A stretch of 64,000 nt of DNA from Eledone cirrhosa (lineage: Eukaryota), in assembly GCA_964016885.1 (NCBI GenBank), contig OZ024740.1, positions 131,502,001-131,566,000 of the forward strand, in the 5' to 3' direction. Positions 27,177 to 44,839 of the stretch are shown piece after piece. The translations under genes and the position numbers were made by a program. Positions within the stretch are counted from its first letter, which is position 1, and the number at the start of each line of letters is the position of its first letter. Under the pieces are notes generated by a model. The model worked only from the letters and a program-made list of their open reading frames with translations, was not told the DNA's origin and ran no database searches.

Positions 27177-27350
27177 AAGTATATGTCATCCGGATATATT
27201 CATATTGACGATCATTTACATCCTGCTGATGCCGATTGTTGGATTCTCCCCATTTGTCGAACAATTTATTCTAATGTGATATGTCCAGATGATCCAAAAA
27301 GAGAGAAACGTATCCAATCTTGGTATATTCGTATGAGTTGTATATGTTGA
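27177..27350 (+). CDS. Candidate host exon, 57 aa, Cys-rich C-terminus
   Basis: Strong acceptor TTTATTTCTTTATTTCAG then KYMSSGYIHIDDHLHPADADCWILPICRTIYSNVICPDDPKREKRIQSWYIRMSCIC*; no partner exons identified. Confidence 0.3.
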   Translation, partial: KYMSSGYIHIDDHLHPADADCWILPICRTIYSNVICPDDPKREKRIQSWYIRMSCIC

Positions 27351-30300
27351 GAAACGAATGAGCTCGGAAACTCCGACATAGCAGAAGGAAGGAAATACAT
27401 TTACAATTCAAAATGTTCTTCAAGTTAAGTATGTAGACCGCATAAGGAAACAGGTCCTTAATAAACTATATGATATATTACGTTATTGAACAATCAATAT
27501 CTGTTTCTTGTAATTTCTAGACATGCATTTTAATATATACTATATTTGAACAAGATCAACACTGTGTATACTATGTCAAATCATTTTGTTTAACTTAGCA
27601 GCCGATATACTGTTTATCATTTTTTTTCTTTCACAGACAAATATTCCGTATTTCAATGAAACGCTTCAAAGTTTGGAAGTCGTTTATTATGTTGTACAAC
27701 TTTTCAATCAAAAATGACATAACAAGATTAAACATTATTTCGGAGGCCAAAAGCCACTAATCACCTATATTTACACTAATGATGCTGCAGCGGTGTACAC
27801 AAAACTACACGCACTTTAACACATATACATAATTATAGAAAATATATATTCATGTGTGTTATAATTTTGATGGTTGTATGTATGGATAACATTGGCATTT
27901 TATAAGATTAAATATAATGTCATCACAAATAATACGCTATCGATTCTTGTATGACGTTTAAATAGAGAGAAAAAGAAGAACGTTTAATCTGATAACATTC
28001 TGTGATAAATCTCCCATTTTTGATATGTTCATTCTATTCAGAGAGTTATTGTAGATGCTTAATTTCATTTTTTGTTCATAATATATTGGATTATGTATAA
28101 TATATAGGCGTGTGCTTATCTCTTTCTGAACATATATGTATGTACGTATGTGTATTTCTATATATACATATATACAGCCTATAGTTATTAAGGCGAAGAA
28201 AACATTGAAATATATCATTATAAACATACAAACGTTCATAGAAAAGTGAAACTTATTTGTATATTTGCAATTCTTATTTGATGCATTAACATCATTGTTC
28301 CATATATTAACTTACCAGTGTGAGATTCAGGTGTTTTCTAAGTGGATAATGGAATTGTAAAATATCTTGTTTTCATAACTAAGTATTGTTTTCTTTACGT
28401 GTGTCTACTTTTGACCGTATATACACATACAATTTCAATTGTCGAGTAACGAAAGAAATAACAGTTAAAGAAAGTAAATGTGCACAGAAACCCAAACTTC
28501 ATTCTGGAAGGAAATAAGATGATAATTTTGACATGCCAAAGACATTATCCATATTCAAAACTTACTGTATGTATGTTATTTAGAGGTGCATGCTCTAACA
28601 TACAGGAAGGATAGATTCAATCTGATCATGCCATCTGAATCTCTGTCATTAAGAGTGAATTATGAAGTGTCGTAAACAGAAAGAAATGATTCACCAAATT
28701 ACACATTATACAAATTAATCTGAGATAATTACATCTCTAAATGAGGGGGATGCCACGGATGAATGCCTTTTGTTTTAGGTCTCCTCGATCAGATTTGGAA
28801 TATCGATAAAAACAAAGATCATTCAAAGCTTGATCCACCTATATATAAATTTGAGCGATTTCCGTCCGTCAGTCACACAATATGTGTGTGTGTATCTATA
28901 TGTGTGAATGGGTGTGTGTAAAATGAAGGAAGGGATAGTGAAAAATGTATAGCAACACAGCAGTTGGCGTTTTATTCGCTACATTGTGTGTGAGTGTATA
29001 TGTATAGATAAGTTTATTTAAATGTGTGTGTTTGTGTGAATGCAAGTGTATTCATGTGAATGTATGTCTTTGATTGTGTATTTTGGTAAGTGTCTCTGAT
29101 TGCGCATTTATATCTATATATTCATACATATAAATGCATGCATAAGAACATACACACACGCACACACGTCAGCATGTTGAAAAACATCCTAGTAATATGA
29201 AAAAAAAAATCATCTTCTTGGTCATAAATTAGCGGTGTCGTTACAAAGTAGTTTGAGTTATTTGTTTCGGCGTTTCGATTGTTGAGCCCAAATAGCACAT
29301 AGCTCAGTTTTAATACCATGCCTTAGTGTTCTATAGAATTCCTGAGAAGTGCCGGTCATTGAATTGGTGGAATTGACACAAGACTTTACGGTATATTTAC
29401 AGTTCTTTGTATTTTGAGATCAAATCACATTGTTGCTTCTTTAATAAAATATGTAATACGGTGCCTGACCATTTGGGCTGTTTAGCGAATTTTTTATTTT
29501 TTTACTTTTGTTACAATTCCCGTAATTGAAATGATGTTTGGGGTGGCACCTCCATCTCCGACTAAACTATAACCGTTTGGCTTTCAGAAAAAAAGGGTAA
29601 GGGATTAGTGTTATTTGTCGTATAAAGATATCTAGAAGAATGTTTACTGCATTATGCAAACACATAAGAAAGCTCGATGGTCACGTTTATTTGCTAGACA
29701 CATTAGACAAATCTAACTCAGATTATATTCAAACTGATATATTGCATGCATGTAAATAATGTATTTATTATTACACTTTCCTTTTTGTCAGACTGGATGG
29801 CCGCTGGACGAGAGATAAAGTATACAGATAGAATAATGCATATACACTTGAATAAATTAGTGCATCGCTTTGTTTACGCAATGATATACAATGTGTCATT
29901 TAATATGACTAAACGCCACAAAGCATAACAGCACATATCTTAACACATCTTCATCGACGACTCTGGAGACTATTATTTCATTCTGATTACAGAGATATCA
30001 TTAAACAATTATTTTTTGGAATATCTGTATATGTTTTCGACTCTTTTCAAGTTTCATTAGAATTATCGAAATCATACACATTTTTCGAAGATTAATACTT
30101 TTCTCGTTAAAGCTTGTCAATGTCTGTTTCGTCTTATAGTTTCAAAGAAAAAATGGAGCTGATTTCCTGCTGTTTGCTTTTCCTAATTTTCAGATTTGCT
30201 TTTCTAAATTGAAAAGTCTCATTCATTGCAAACATGGCCTTGATATTTTTTTTGAAAAACATATCATCATTCTTCTAATTCACCACTCAACATGGGTAAA

Positions 30301-32275
30301 TTGATAGCTAATCCTCAGCATGTGCCTCAGAAAAATATAATGACGGGATGAACCACTCTATACCGTAAATTGTCGTATAGATTATAATCGGAATATATCT
30401 GACGACGGAATAAATATCTTGCAATATTGGAAGGATATTGGTTTGCATGCATGATTTAATGAAAAATATGCACGTAACTAACACGTCACTCATTACAGAT
30501 ATGGTTCATAAACAATGATGAAAGTACATCAGAAATATTTAGGATTCAATGTGGTGATTAACGTGTGATTTCCTCAATCTGATATCCTTCCATCGATATA
30601 TATATATACAGCATTCGAAGAAATTAATACTTGAAAATAGAGATGCCTTTCGTAATGTGCAAATCTACACGCATGGTTTTCCTGATGCAATACGCTGATT
30701 GGTATTAGACATCCTAAATGAGTTAGTGGCAAACATTCTAGATCCATTAGTCCAGAAATAGAGCAACGATATTTTCATTATTTAAGAATGCGAGAAGAAA
30801 ATGAAATATAAACATTATGGACGCATATCATTTGTTATTGAGAGCATAGGTTATGATTATCGTTTCGGAATCGGAGTCTCACTTTACGTATCAAATTATT
30901 TTAGCAGAAAGGTACTGTGGAATTAGAGTCAGCAGGGTGACAGTAGTAGGATATATCTTGATTGGCTATTACATCAACCTTTTTTTAAACAACGCGTCAT
31001 ATCCAATAGTTGCTATAATTAGAATGACACAAGGAGACATCCCTGGTTCAACTCTATTTTCAATATATTTTCCTTTACCTAGTATAAATACTTGCCAGGC
31101 ATGATAATTGTTTATGTATTTGCCTTCCTGCATCAAACAAATATTTTGACTTGCGACGCTCTATAGCAAAATTCTGAAATCTTCACTACAATTATAAGAG
31201 GCGTACAGTATGCCACTTTCTTATATATATTTCAGGAGCTGAACCCAGAATAAACCTGTCTAAATCAAACATTTTTTGTCGTCTTAATACTTAGCGGTCA
31301 CATAAGGTTCACCATGTCTAGGGTTCCAATGCTAATATATGTATAATTTGTGGTTTCTATTTTGTGACACCACGTCATTGCTTTGACTGGGGAAATACAA
31401 AGCTGTTAAAACGGTCCTCATCTAATTTTATTTTGTCCAGTGAACACATACTATTAGAATTGAATAGTATGTATGACTCACATTTGTCAGTCCACTTACA
31501 TTGGCAGACATTTCCAAGAATGTTTTAATTTCAACGAGGACATTAAGCATAAATTATTCAGAGTTACTGTTTCTCTCGATATGCTGAACTCCGTAGTGTG
31601 CTCAGAAAGCTTTAAGCATATAAACTTTAATTTGAATGTTTATTAGGCTTGAGATCTGAAAACACTATATCTGGGAAATACGGAGGAGTATAAAAGACTA
31701 CCATCACTACTAGCAGGATATGCTTACACTTTCTTTTTTAAATGTAACCTAGAATTGGTTTAGAATTCCAATAGTCTATGTATCAAAACATATTTCCGAA
31801 TATATGGCCTGAAATATCTCGTCATATATCAAACCTAAACAATTGCCAGGCGATGTTTGTTATTTTCTCCTGACAGGCAATAAGACACAAGGCTACATGT
31901 AAAGTTTGTTTGAAGTCGTGAATATGAGAAATCGGAAATGAAACTTAAGAAGTATTGGCATAGATTCGCGTGTAAATTATAAATATTTGTGATGTTTGAG
32001 ATAAAATATAGGCTGAATATATTTACAGATTCAACAAAATGGAAAATACATGAAACTCACATCGTAGCGTGTAATAAAGAAAGCGTGAAAATACATGTAT
32101 CCCTTAAGGATTCTGCCGTCTACTAACATTAAGAATTACACAAGGAACAGCTATGCTCTAATTCAAAAGAAGTTTAAGACAGACTAAGAATGTCATGATG
32201 ATTGAAATCAAATGAAGCAAGCTGCTGTGATAAACCCGTGCGATGTGTAAAATAAACTGAAAACCTGCAGCATAA

Positions 32276-32342
<67 letters not shown>

Positions 32343-33921
32343 AACTATAAGTATTAATAAAATAGATGTTATTTTGATCAATTACATTTTATTATACATA
32401 TTTAGGATGTACGACAAAATATAATGATACATGACATACCCTGAGATGTCAAATGGTTAAGATTTAATCAAGGTAGTGATTACCCGATAGAACATTTTGC
32501 TTATATAATATCTATGTGAAAGTGCGAAAACGTAATAAATTCATTAGAGAATGCGTGAGTAAGAAAAAACATTGCATAGTGTAAGTGTTCTAAAATTTTA
32601 AAATGTATGATACTACAATATATTTAGGAAAACGCCTCATGAATCATAACAGCCAGTGATAGCCACTGGAAAAAGATTTAAAGGAGGGAAAATAAAGTGG
32701 GTTATTTTTTTCGAAAGTTAAACGGTTAGATTTGAAAATATTTAATTTTATAATATTAAGTTGAAGACTCCAGATTTCATGATTATTAACTAGTCATTTA
32801 TATATTATTTATATATTATTTATATATTATTTATATAAACTGAATTGTGAGAATAACATTTAAAGGATTTAGCTGGCACATAAAGAATGAAATATTATAC
32901 TGTTGATTAAACACCTAAATCTACATTTTAACAAATATACCAACATACTAGGTATGTAAAGCTTTTGAAGGGCATATTGTTATAGATATTTAAATAACTA
33001 TTATATATATAGGTATATATTAATGAGCCAGTATGTTTAAGGTAAATAATACCGACGAAGATAAAAATAAAATATGTTAAGGATAAATATATACATATGT
33101 ATAACTGGGTGTAAATGTACTAATTATTCTTCAACCAAGATATCAACATATTATTAGATATAGGGATGTATATATATAGATATATATTAGGTATTATTAG
33201 TGTAGTATACTTTAGGTAAATGATAACAGTTATACTCTTATCAACGTGTTACATTTAAATATATATATATATATATACACATATGAGAAAAACAAACAAT
33301 GAGTGCATGTATAATATAGAGTTCAAATTATGTCTATAATAATTTCTAGTTTGGATTATTTCTCTATATTTGAATAATATATATAGAAATATGGTAGGTA
33401 TATTTAAAAATATTTAGAAATATATAAAAATACAATATATAACTACATATATATTATAATACATCATATTATAAATAAATAAATAAATAAGAGATCGGAA
33501 GTACAGCGAAAATTTCACATTTATATATAAGTTTGAATCAGTCTCAAAATTTAGATGTTATAGTGCAGTAGGTATATTTAAAAGAAATATATGCTATATT
33601 ATACTATAAATAATAGATCAAAAAGTCATTAAAAATTTGGAGTTATAGATAAGTTTCATAAAAGTTTTTTGATTGGCTATTAAACTAAAATTTAAAAGAG
33701 ATCACAAATGTATTAAAATTCACAGTTAAATAAATTCAATAAATATGTAAGGATAAGGTATTGTACTAAATTATAGATAAATGATGGTGTTGATCAAAGT
33801 TAACAAATAATGTGTGTATCAATGTTTAGGCATGCTAATTGAAATATTGTCATTCATTCTAACGTTGATTTTTCTATACATAGTTACAAAATAAAGCAAT
33901 ATTAAAGGCCATTGATGTTTT

Positions 33922-36217
33922 TTACTGTTGATTATATATTCCTGGTAAGCGAGTTGTTATTGGTTCTTTCTTTCTCGTTTTATGTGAGGCTAATAAAGTG
34001 GACGTAGCTTTATGGAGGCAATTAGAGAATAATTCACTCTTTTTGTTAATTAGGGTCACGAAATTATTAATAATCATCAGGGTCTCCATTGTAAAGAGCA
34101 GGCAGTTATTTGATATAATAGAGTTGCGGTAAATTCCACAGTTCCGAAGTGTTGTCCAAAGAATGGAATATTCTATATACTTCTCTTTTAAAGACCATAT
34201 GAGCTGTGATAAAGACGTGGATGATTTCTTCTTAGAGTTCGAGAATGAGCATTTATGATTCGCGAAACGAAGTTTGAATGTGGACGAGGTTGATCCAATG
34301 TAATTGTATGTTTTATGGTCAGTTTTTACGGTGCATTTATAAACCAAATTAGTATCTAAACAATTATTTTGCAAAGGGCAATTATTTTATTTCTACAATT
34401 GCATTTTGGTTTAGTATCATTAATGTTAACTCTATTATTATGATCATTATGTTGGTTGGTTTTAGGATTTTGGAGTTTAATTTGGCGATGTTTTAGGCCA
34501 TGTTACTGGTTGTAGAATTTGCGAATTTAATGGTATGTCTATTAAAAATGGAATGGTATTTATGTTGAGTAGGGAAAGAGGTGTCAAGTGCTTTAAATAA
34601 TAGTTTTGCAATTGGTATTTTAACTGCGACCGAAGCTGGGGGTGCAAACCATATGACTGGTTTAGATCTAGTTCGTATTCTCGACTTATTTAGCGTATGT
34701 GTGTTTGAGTTATAGTTGTTAAAGTTAATCTTATATGTGTTATTATTTTTATTATTATTATTAGGAATAATACTTGGATTGTTATTATCTACATATTCTA
34801 TGTTATTCATTTATCCTGCTCTTTTTAAAGCGTTGTTGTAATATTCCGCATATTTATCAAATATATCTTTATTAACTGATATTTTATTAATACGTTTTTG
34901 CACACTATTTACTATAGCTTTTTTTTACAGATCTGGGGTGATTTGAATAGTTAATAACATAATTTAAGTTTTCATTAGGCTTATGAAAAGGGTAATAGAA
35001 GCCAGTGTTTAAGTTAACGTCAAGGAAATTAACGATTTTTGGTACCATTTTCTACTTCTAATTTAAGGTCGTACGTTTTAAAGAATTCTATTATACTTTT
35101 CTTAACTCTATTTAATTCTATATTATTGTGTTTGACCACCGTAAATAAAATGTCATCTCTATATAAACCACCGGTAATCTCCGGAAGTTTTCTATTTATC
35201 ATGTTTAGATGAAATTTCCCAGAAGATCTGTGATTTGCACGGAATCAGATGCCCCCATAGTGATATCAAAGTTTCTATCTCTATCTGAGCGTGTCCAAAA
35301 TTCGTTATTGAAGTTTATGAGAGTTCCTCTAGCTGTTCAAACTATATCTATTTCATTTGTGGTTAGATCAGTATGCTTATAAGCATATGAGAGGGCCTTA
35401 TTTAGAAGTTTAGGTGTTATAGAAGAATAGTAGCAAGTAATATCCGTCTTGAAGAATTTATAGTTGTTCTTATTTTCAATGTTCTTGTACAATTCAAAGA
35501 CCTCGTTTGTATCATTTCATAAGCTCAAACTAGATCTCAATTTAAGAGTGGGTAATATTCTATCTATGATGTTTTTACTGATTACTCCTTTATCCGATTT
35601 TGATGGAGCAATCAGTCTAACTGGCATTTCTTCCTTAAAGTTTCTTTCATGATCCTTCAGGTTAATCCTCGGCTGTCTAGGTAAGAATGGCTCAGTTCTT
35701 CCTTGTATTCCTAGATTGGTAATTAAATGATAAGGCTTCTTCATTAATTTCAGTAAGATCATCAGCCGGAGCTTTTTTGTAATTTTTCCTAAGTTCTTTC
35801 AGGATCAGGTCGTTATATTCATCTTTGCTTATCCCATATAAATTATTAGTTTTGTCAGATTTATCCAATACTTTGTTAAGATTTTTTATTTCAGTGATTT
35901 TATCTTTTAGAGATCTGAGGTATTGGAGACCTATATATGGGTTTTTTCCGAAATTTAATGTTTTTGATTATGTCGAGCATTTCTGTTTCAAACACCTCCA
36001 TAAGTTTGTTGTACGGAGGATTTTTTCTTGATTTAAACAAAGATTCAAACTGATTAATGTTGGTTTTTCTTTAAGCATCTTTATTTTCGAAATGAAAAGC
36101 TCTCCAACTTAATCTTCTAATAAAAGATTTTGGCTGTTTTATAGTTTTCTTCATGTATTCTTCATTTGAAGTTATAGGTATCTCTTTGAGGGAAATCGGG
36201 AAGTTTAAGAAATCCAT
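33922..36217 (-). pseudogene. PLE ORF (RT + GIY-YIG, Nematis-like), multiple frameshifts/stops
   Basis: MDFLNFPISLKEIPI..FIRRLSWRAFHF; RLIAPSKSDKGVISK; FDITMGASDS; GGLYRDDILF; IWFAPP; LVYKC..YIGST..FKLRFANHK..INKKSELFSNCLH. Confidence 0.9.
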
Positions 36218-36420
36218 ATTTATAGAATATACAACCTATTGTATAGAAAAGCGCTCAACCAGTTGGGAGCAATATATATATTAAGTTGTTAAACAATATT
36301 CGATGATTATGTCAAAGAATGAGTTTTACAGTAGATTGGAAGCAACTTAAAATCATTTTCAGGAGTTATTAATATTAAAATATACGTATTAATGAAATAG
36401 ATGTTCTTTTGATCAATTAC

Positions 36421-36473
36421 ATTTTTTAATACATATTTCGGATGTACGACAGTACGTCCTCATCAGACAAAAT
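36421..36473 (-). ncRNA. Minimal type I hammerhead ribozyme in 5' pseudo-LTR
   Basis: Minus strand ATTTTGT-CTGATGA-GGACGTAC-tgtc-GTACATCC-GAAA-TATGTA-TT/AAAAAAT. Confidence 0.82.
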
Positions 36474-36869
36474 ATAATGATACGTTTTTTCTTACTCACA
36501 CATTCTCTAATGAATTTATTACGTTTTCGCACTTTCACATAGATATTATATAAGCAAAATTTTCTATCGGGTATTCACTACCTTAATTAAATCTTAACCA
36601 TTTAACACCTCAGTTAAATGGTTAAGAACATATATTTTATTAATACTTATATTTTAATATTAATAACTCCTGAAAATTAATTTTAACGTTGAGTGCTTCC
36701 AATCTACTGTAAAACTCATTCTTTGACATAAACATCGAATATTGTTTAACAACTTAATATATAAATATATAGGTGTGCGTGTGTATATATATATATATAT
36801 ACATATATTAGCCTCACAGGCATTAGGATGTGTGTTTTCCAGCTAGTAACATGTCAAATATATCGCTTT

Positions 36870-36957
36870 TCGTCTGAGGAAACCGTTCTCATAATTCATA
36901 GCAAATGCATGAAGGACATCTCGATTGCATGGAGAACCGTGGAAATAATTATTATGA
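36870..36957 (+). ncRNA. Hammerhead motif in a ~200-bp solo module
   Basis: TCGT-CTGAGGA(36874-36880)-aaccgttctc...gagaaccgtg-GAAA(36942-36945)-TAATTA-TT/ATGA; palindromic stem III. Confidence 0.68.
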
Positions 36958-37019
36958 TTAAACGATATATGTAACCTCACCCTCTTATTTTGTTATTTTT
37001 ATACATATATATATATACC

Positions 37020-38300
37020 CATTCTTTTCGTTACCCTCTAAGAAGGAATTTGACGTCACTTTCAGCTTATATCTGGAGTCTAAAAGACAACCACACCCAA
37101 TATAAGTTAGACTGGGAGATCCTAGCTAGGGCTAATCGTATAACGGAAATAAAAGACAATGTGACCTCTGCGCAGCTGAGGCCCTGGAAATACTCTACGC
37201 CACAGACCACATCTTAAACAAAAAATCTGAGGTAATTTCGGCTTGTAAACATAAATTGCACAAAACTTTCCTGCATTACAGCCCCACGTTATACCCTAAC
37301 AGATAGTACGATCTATACGTGGATATTTTACGTCTTGATGTGGGAGCTAAGTATATGATTTGTTTATTCCTTTACTTATTTGCATAGGTAAGTATATATT
37401 ACCCGTATGTTTTGTGAAGGTACGTATACCTTCTCGTACGTATATTTGATTGTTATGGCGTATAATTTTATCTATTCTGGTACATAGGGTTTGGCTATGT
37501 GTATACGGGAGTTTTGCGTCTGTGTGAGTATGCAGATCGTACGTATGATGGGTGTGTGTATATGTGTACTTCTTGTTTTAGTTGACTTACGCCTCCAAAC
37601 ATTCGTGTATTTATATGTAGGTATGTGTGCGCGCTTTTTATATACGTATTTATTTATTTATATATGTTTATATAATTATTTATTCATTTGTATTCACGCA
37701 TACACACACACACATATTTATATGTGCGTAGTTTTGTATACCTATGGTAAGGTTTTGCGTATGCTTGTGTATGTACGTATTTGTTTGCGTGTATGTATTT
37801 ATTTATTTCTATTATTTCTGTATTGTATTTATTTACTTTGTTCTTAACTCTGTAGCGCAGATTCATTTGGTCGCCTAGTTAGAATTTTAGTCTACGACTT
37901 CTGCTATACCATTTACTTGGTTTTGACTTTGCGTGCTATAGTTCTCCACGCTCCATATGACGTATTATCTTCGTTTTTTTCGTTCATTGCCAGAGAACGT
38001 CTCTATGCACCACCTAATAGAACATTAGTCTACGACCCCTTTTATACCTTAAACGTGGTTCTGTCTTTGCGTGTAATTGTTTTTCACCGCTCCTATTAAT
38101 GACGCATTATTCGTTTTTTCCCGTTCTTTGCCAGCGAACGTTTACACGAACCAAAGTATCGTCTCCCTGTCTTACTCCGGTTGCAACGGTTTTTGAAATA
38201 TCCAGTTCTGCGTTTACAGATTTACTATATTAGTTTCAGAAGATCCCGTTAAGGGGGAAAGCAGCGATTCTTTGCTTAGACTTTAATCTGTTATTTTAAT
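37020..38300 (+). mobile_element. 5'-truncated PLE: GIY-YIG C-terminus (37020-37290) + 3' UTR
   Basis: HSFRYPLRRNLTSLSAYIWSLK..LDWEILARA..CDLCAAEALEIL..LNKKSEVISACKH; the UTR is related to 53326-53900 (minus). Confidence 0.83.
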
Positions 38301-38320
38301 AAATATATATATATAGTGAA

Positions 38321-38436
38321 GGCGTGTGGCTGAGTGGTTAGAGAATTGGATTCGCAATCGTAAGGTTGTGAGTTCGATTCCTGGACCAAGCGATGCGTAA
38401 TGTCCTTGAGCAAGACACTTTATTTCACGTTGCTCC
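38321..38436 (+). mobile_element. tRNA-derived SINE, CORE-like central region
   Basis: A box TGGCTGAGTGG (38327-38337), B box GTTCGATTCC (38372-38381), then TGTCCTTGAGCAAGACACTT. Confidence 0.82.
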
Positions 38437-38532
38437 TTCTACCTGGAGTTGCGACCGATAGATAGTATTAGCAATTGGAAAGACCAACGGAAACATTGTT
38501 CCCTCGGTCCGATTTGACGAAAGTCGATCGTT

Positions 38533-38576
<44 letters not shown>

Positions 38577-38670
38577 TATATATATATATGTATGTGTGTC
38601 TGTGTGTGTGTGTCCCAGCGCTCTGGTACCATCAACCATATAAACACAGAGGTGACTAAGAACTGACTAA

Positions 38671-38720
38671 TTGCTGATGAGGTCATAGCCATTCAATGGC
38701 TATCATCGAAATATATATAG
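38671..38720 (+). ncRNA. Hammerhead motif in a ~160-bp solo module
   Basis: CTGATGA(38674-38680)-ggtcatagcca-ttcaa-tggctatcatc-GAAA(38708-38711)-TATA-TA; strong stem II, weak stem I. Confidence 0.62.
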
Positions 38721-38769
38721 CACTAAATGAAGGATTATGAGTTCATGCAATTGAGCTATGTTTCGTCAC

Positions 38770-38834
<65 letters not shown>

Positions 38835-38849
38835 TTATAAAGTATATAC

Positions 38850-39969
<1,120 letters not shown>

Positions 39970-39972
<3 letters not shown>

Positions 39973-40497
39973 GAAACACACAGACACATGCGGACACACA
40001 TATATACATGAATGCATCCACACCCAACCGTGAGTTAAGGATGCCAACCTCACCGATGTTGCTCAATGAATGACTGGGACAGTCCAATCCGGTTGAACCA
40101 CACTGAACCAGTATCAGAGTTAAAAATACATTATGAAGAGAGTAGAAACATTTAGATATAATTAGTAACAAAATGTATCATACCTAAACTGCTCCTAGAT
40201 TCCTCGACTACGTAGTTTCGTGGCATAAACAAAAACAATACATCATAAAGATATAGAGTCCTTGCGAGGTCTGCCGACTTATCAAGAGGATACCTCATTT
40301 TACTAGCCTCAAGAACGCGTCTACACGACGTGAGAAAGAATCCCAAAAGGCGGAGGGGGGGATAGTCCCGCGATATAACGGTCGAGAAACAGAGCTAAGC
40401 CTCCTATAACCCGCGAAGAAAATACCACGGAGGCGGAGGGGGTATTCATATCGAAGCCGTAGAAGAGGTGATGAAGGAGGCGAGAAGTATGAGTATT
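39970..40497 (-). mobile_element. Second copy of the 13680-14200 family, with U3-A8 hammerhead at 40201-40290
   Basis: High identity to 13680-14200; minus strand TCCTC-TTGATAA...GAAACTACGTAGTC/GAGGA. Confidence 0.85.
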
Positions 40498-40841
40498 TGC
40501 TGGCATAGGCGTGCATCTGTGCGCTTATGTTAGTTGATATATTAAATTATCTATATTTATCTCCAAATCACTGATTTGTCGAGCAAACCTGCCAAAACCA
40601 CTTCTAAAAAAAATTTTTTTGTGGGGTGTTAGTAGGCGTCAGTCATCTTACCATCCCATTCCTTCTGACTAGCCTCTGTGTCACGTGATTGATTCTTTAG
40701 AATCGGCCATTTGACTAGAAGCAGTGAGGATTTCGGTACATGGAATTCAGTCCTCGCCAGCTGTTCTATCTACCGAATTATTATTATTTTTATATGAGCC
40801 GCCAGTGTCCGCGCATTGCCTGGAGACTTAGCTGAGAATAG

Positions 40842-40923
40842 ACTCCCTGATGACGCAATGAATTCTCGACAGTTAGATTACGTAACTGTCTTTATCCCAT
40901 TGCAGAAACTAATTAGTTGGAGT
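40842..40923 (+). ncRNA. Type I hammerhead ribozyme
   Basis: ACTCC-CTGATGA(40847-40853)-cGCAATG...CATTGCa-GAAA(40905-40908)-CTAATTAG-TT/GGAGT; same family as 57432-58228. Confidence 0.86.
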
Positions 40924-40992
40924 GAAAATTTAAGTAAGTAAGTAAAAAATTTTTAAACAAATTTTTCGAAAAAGATATTCTTATTTTACGTC

Positions 40993-41038
<46 letters not shown>

Positions 41039-41142
41039 ACATATATGTATACATGTATATATATATATATTTATATATATATATATATATATATAAAACG
41101 ATATAACGTGTATATATATATATAACGATATAACGTGTATAT

Positions 41143-44770
<3,628 letters not shown>

Positions 44771-44839
44771 TTATATATATATATATAGTTGTTATATAGT
44801 AAGGTGTATTATTGGTTGTGTAAAACAGTCCAATAAATT

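Larger units (their letters stand above)
32345..36770 (-). mobile_element. Near full-length decayed PLE with short pseudo-LTR and inverted segment
   Basis: 36385-36484 repeats 32350-32430; 36485-36612 and 36630-36770 are inversions of 32440-32570 and 36270-36395; (TA)n flanks. Confidence 0.88.

Noticed and set aside
38321-38395. tRNA gene
   Set aside because: A and B boxes present but no full cloverleaf, and it runs into a SINE body.
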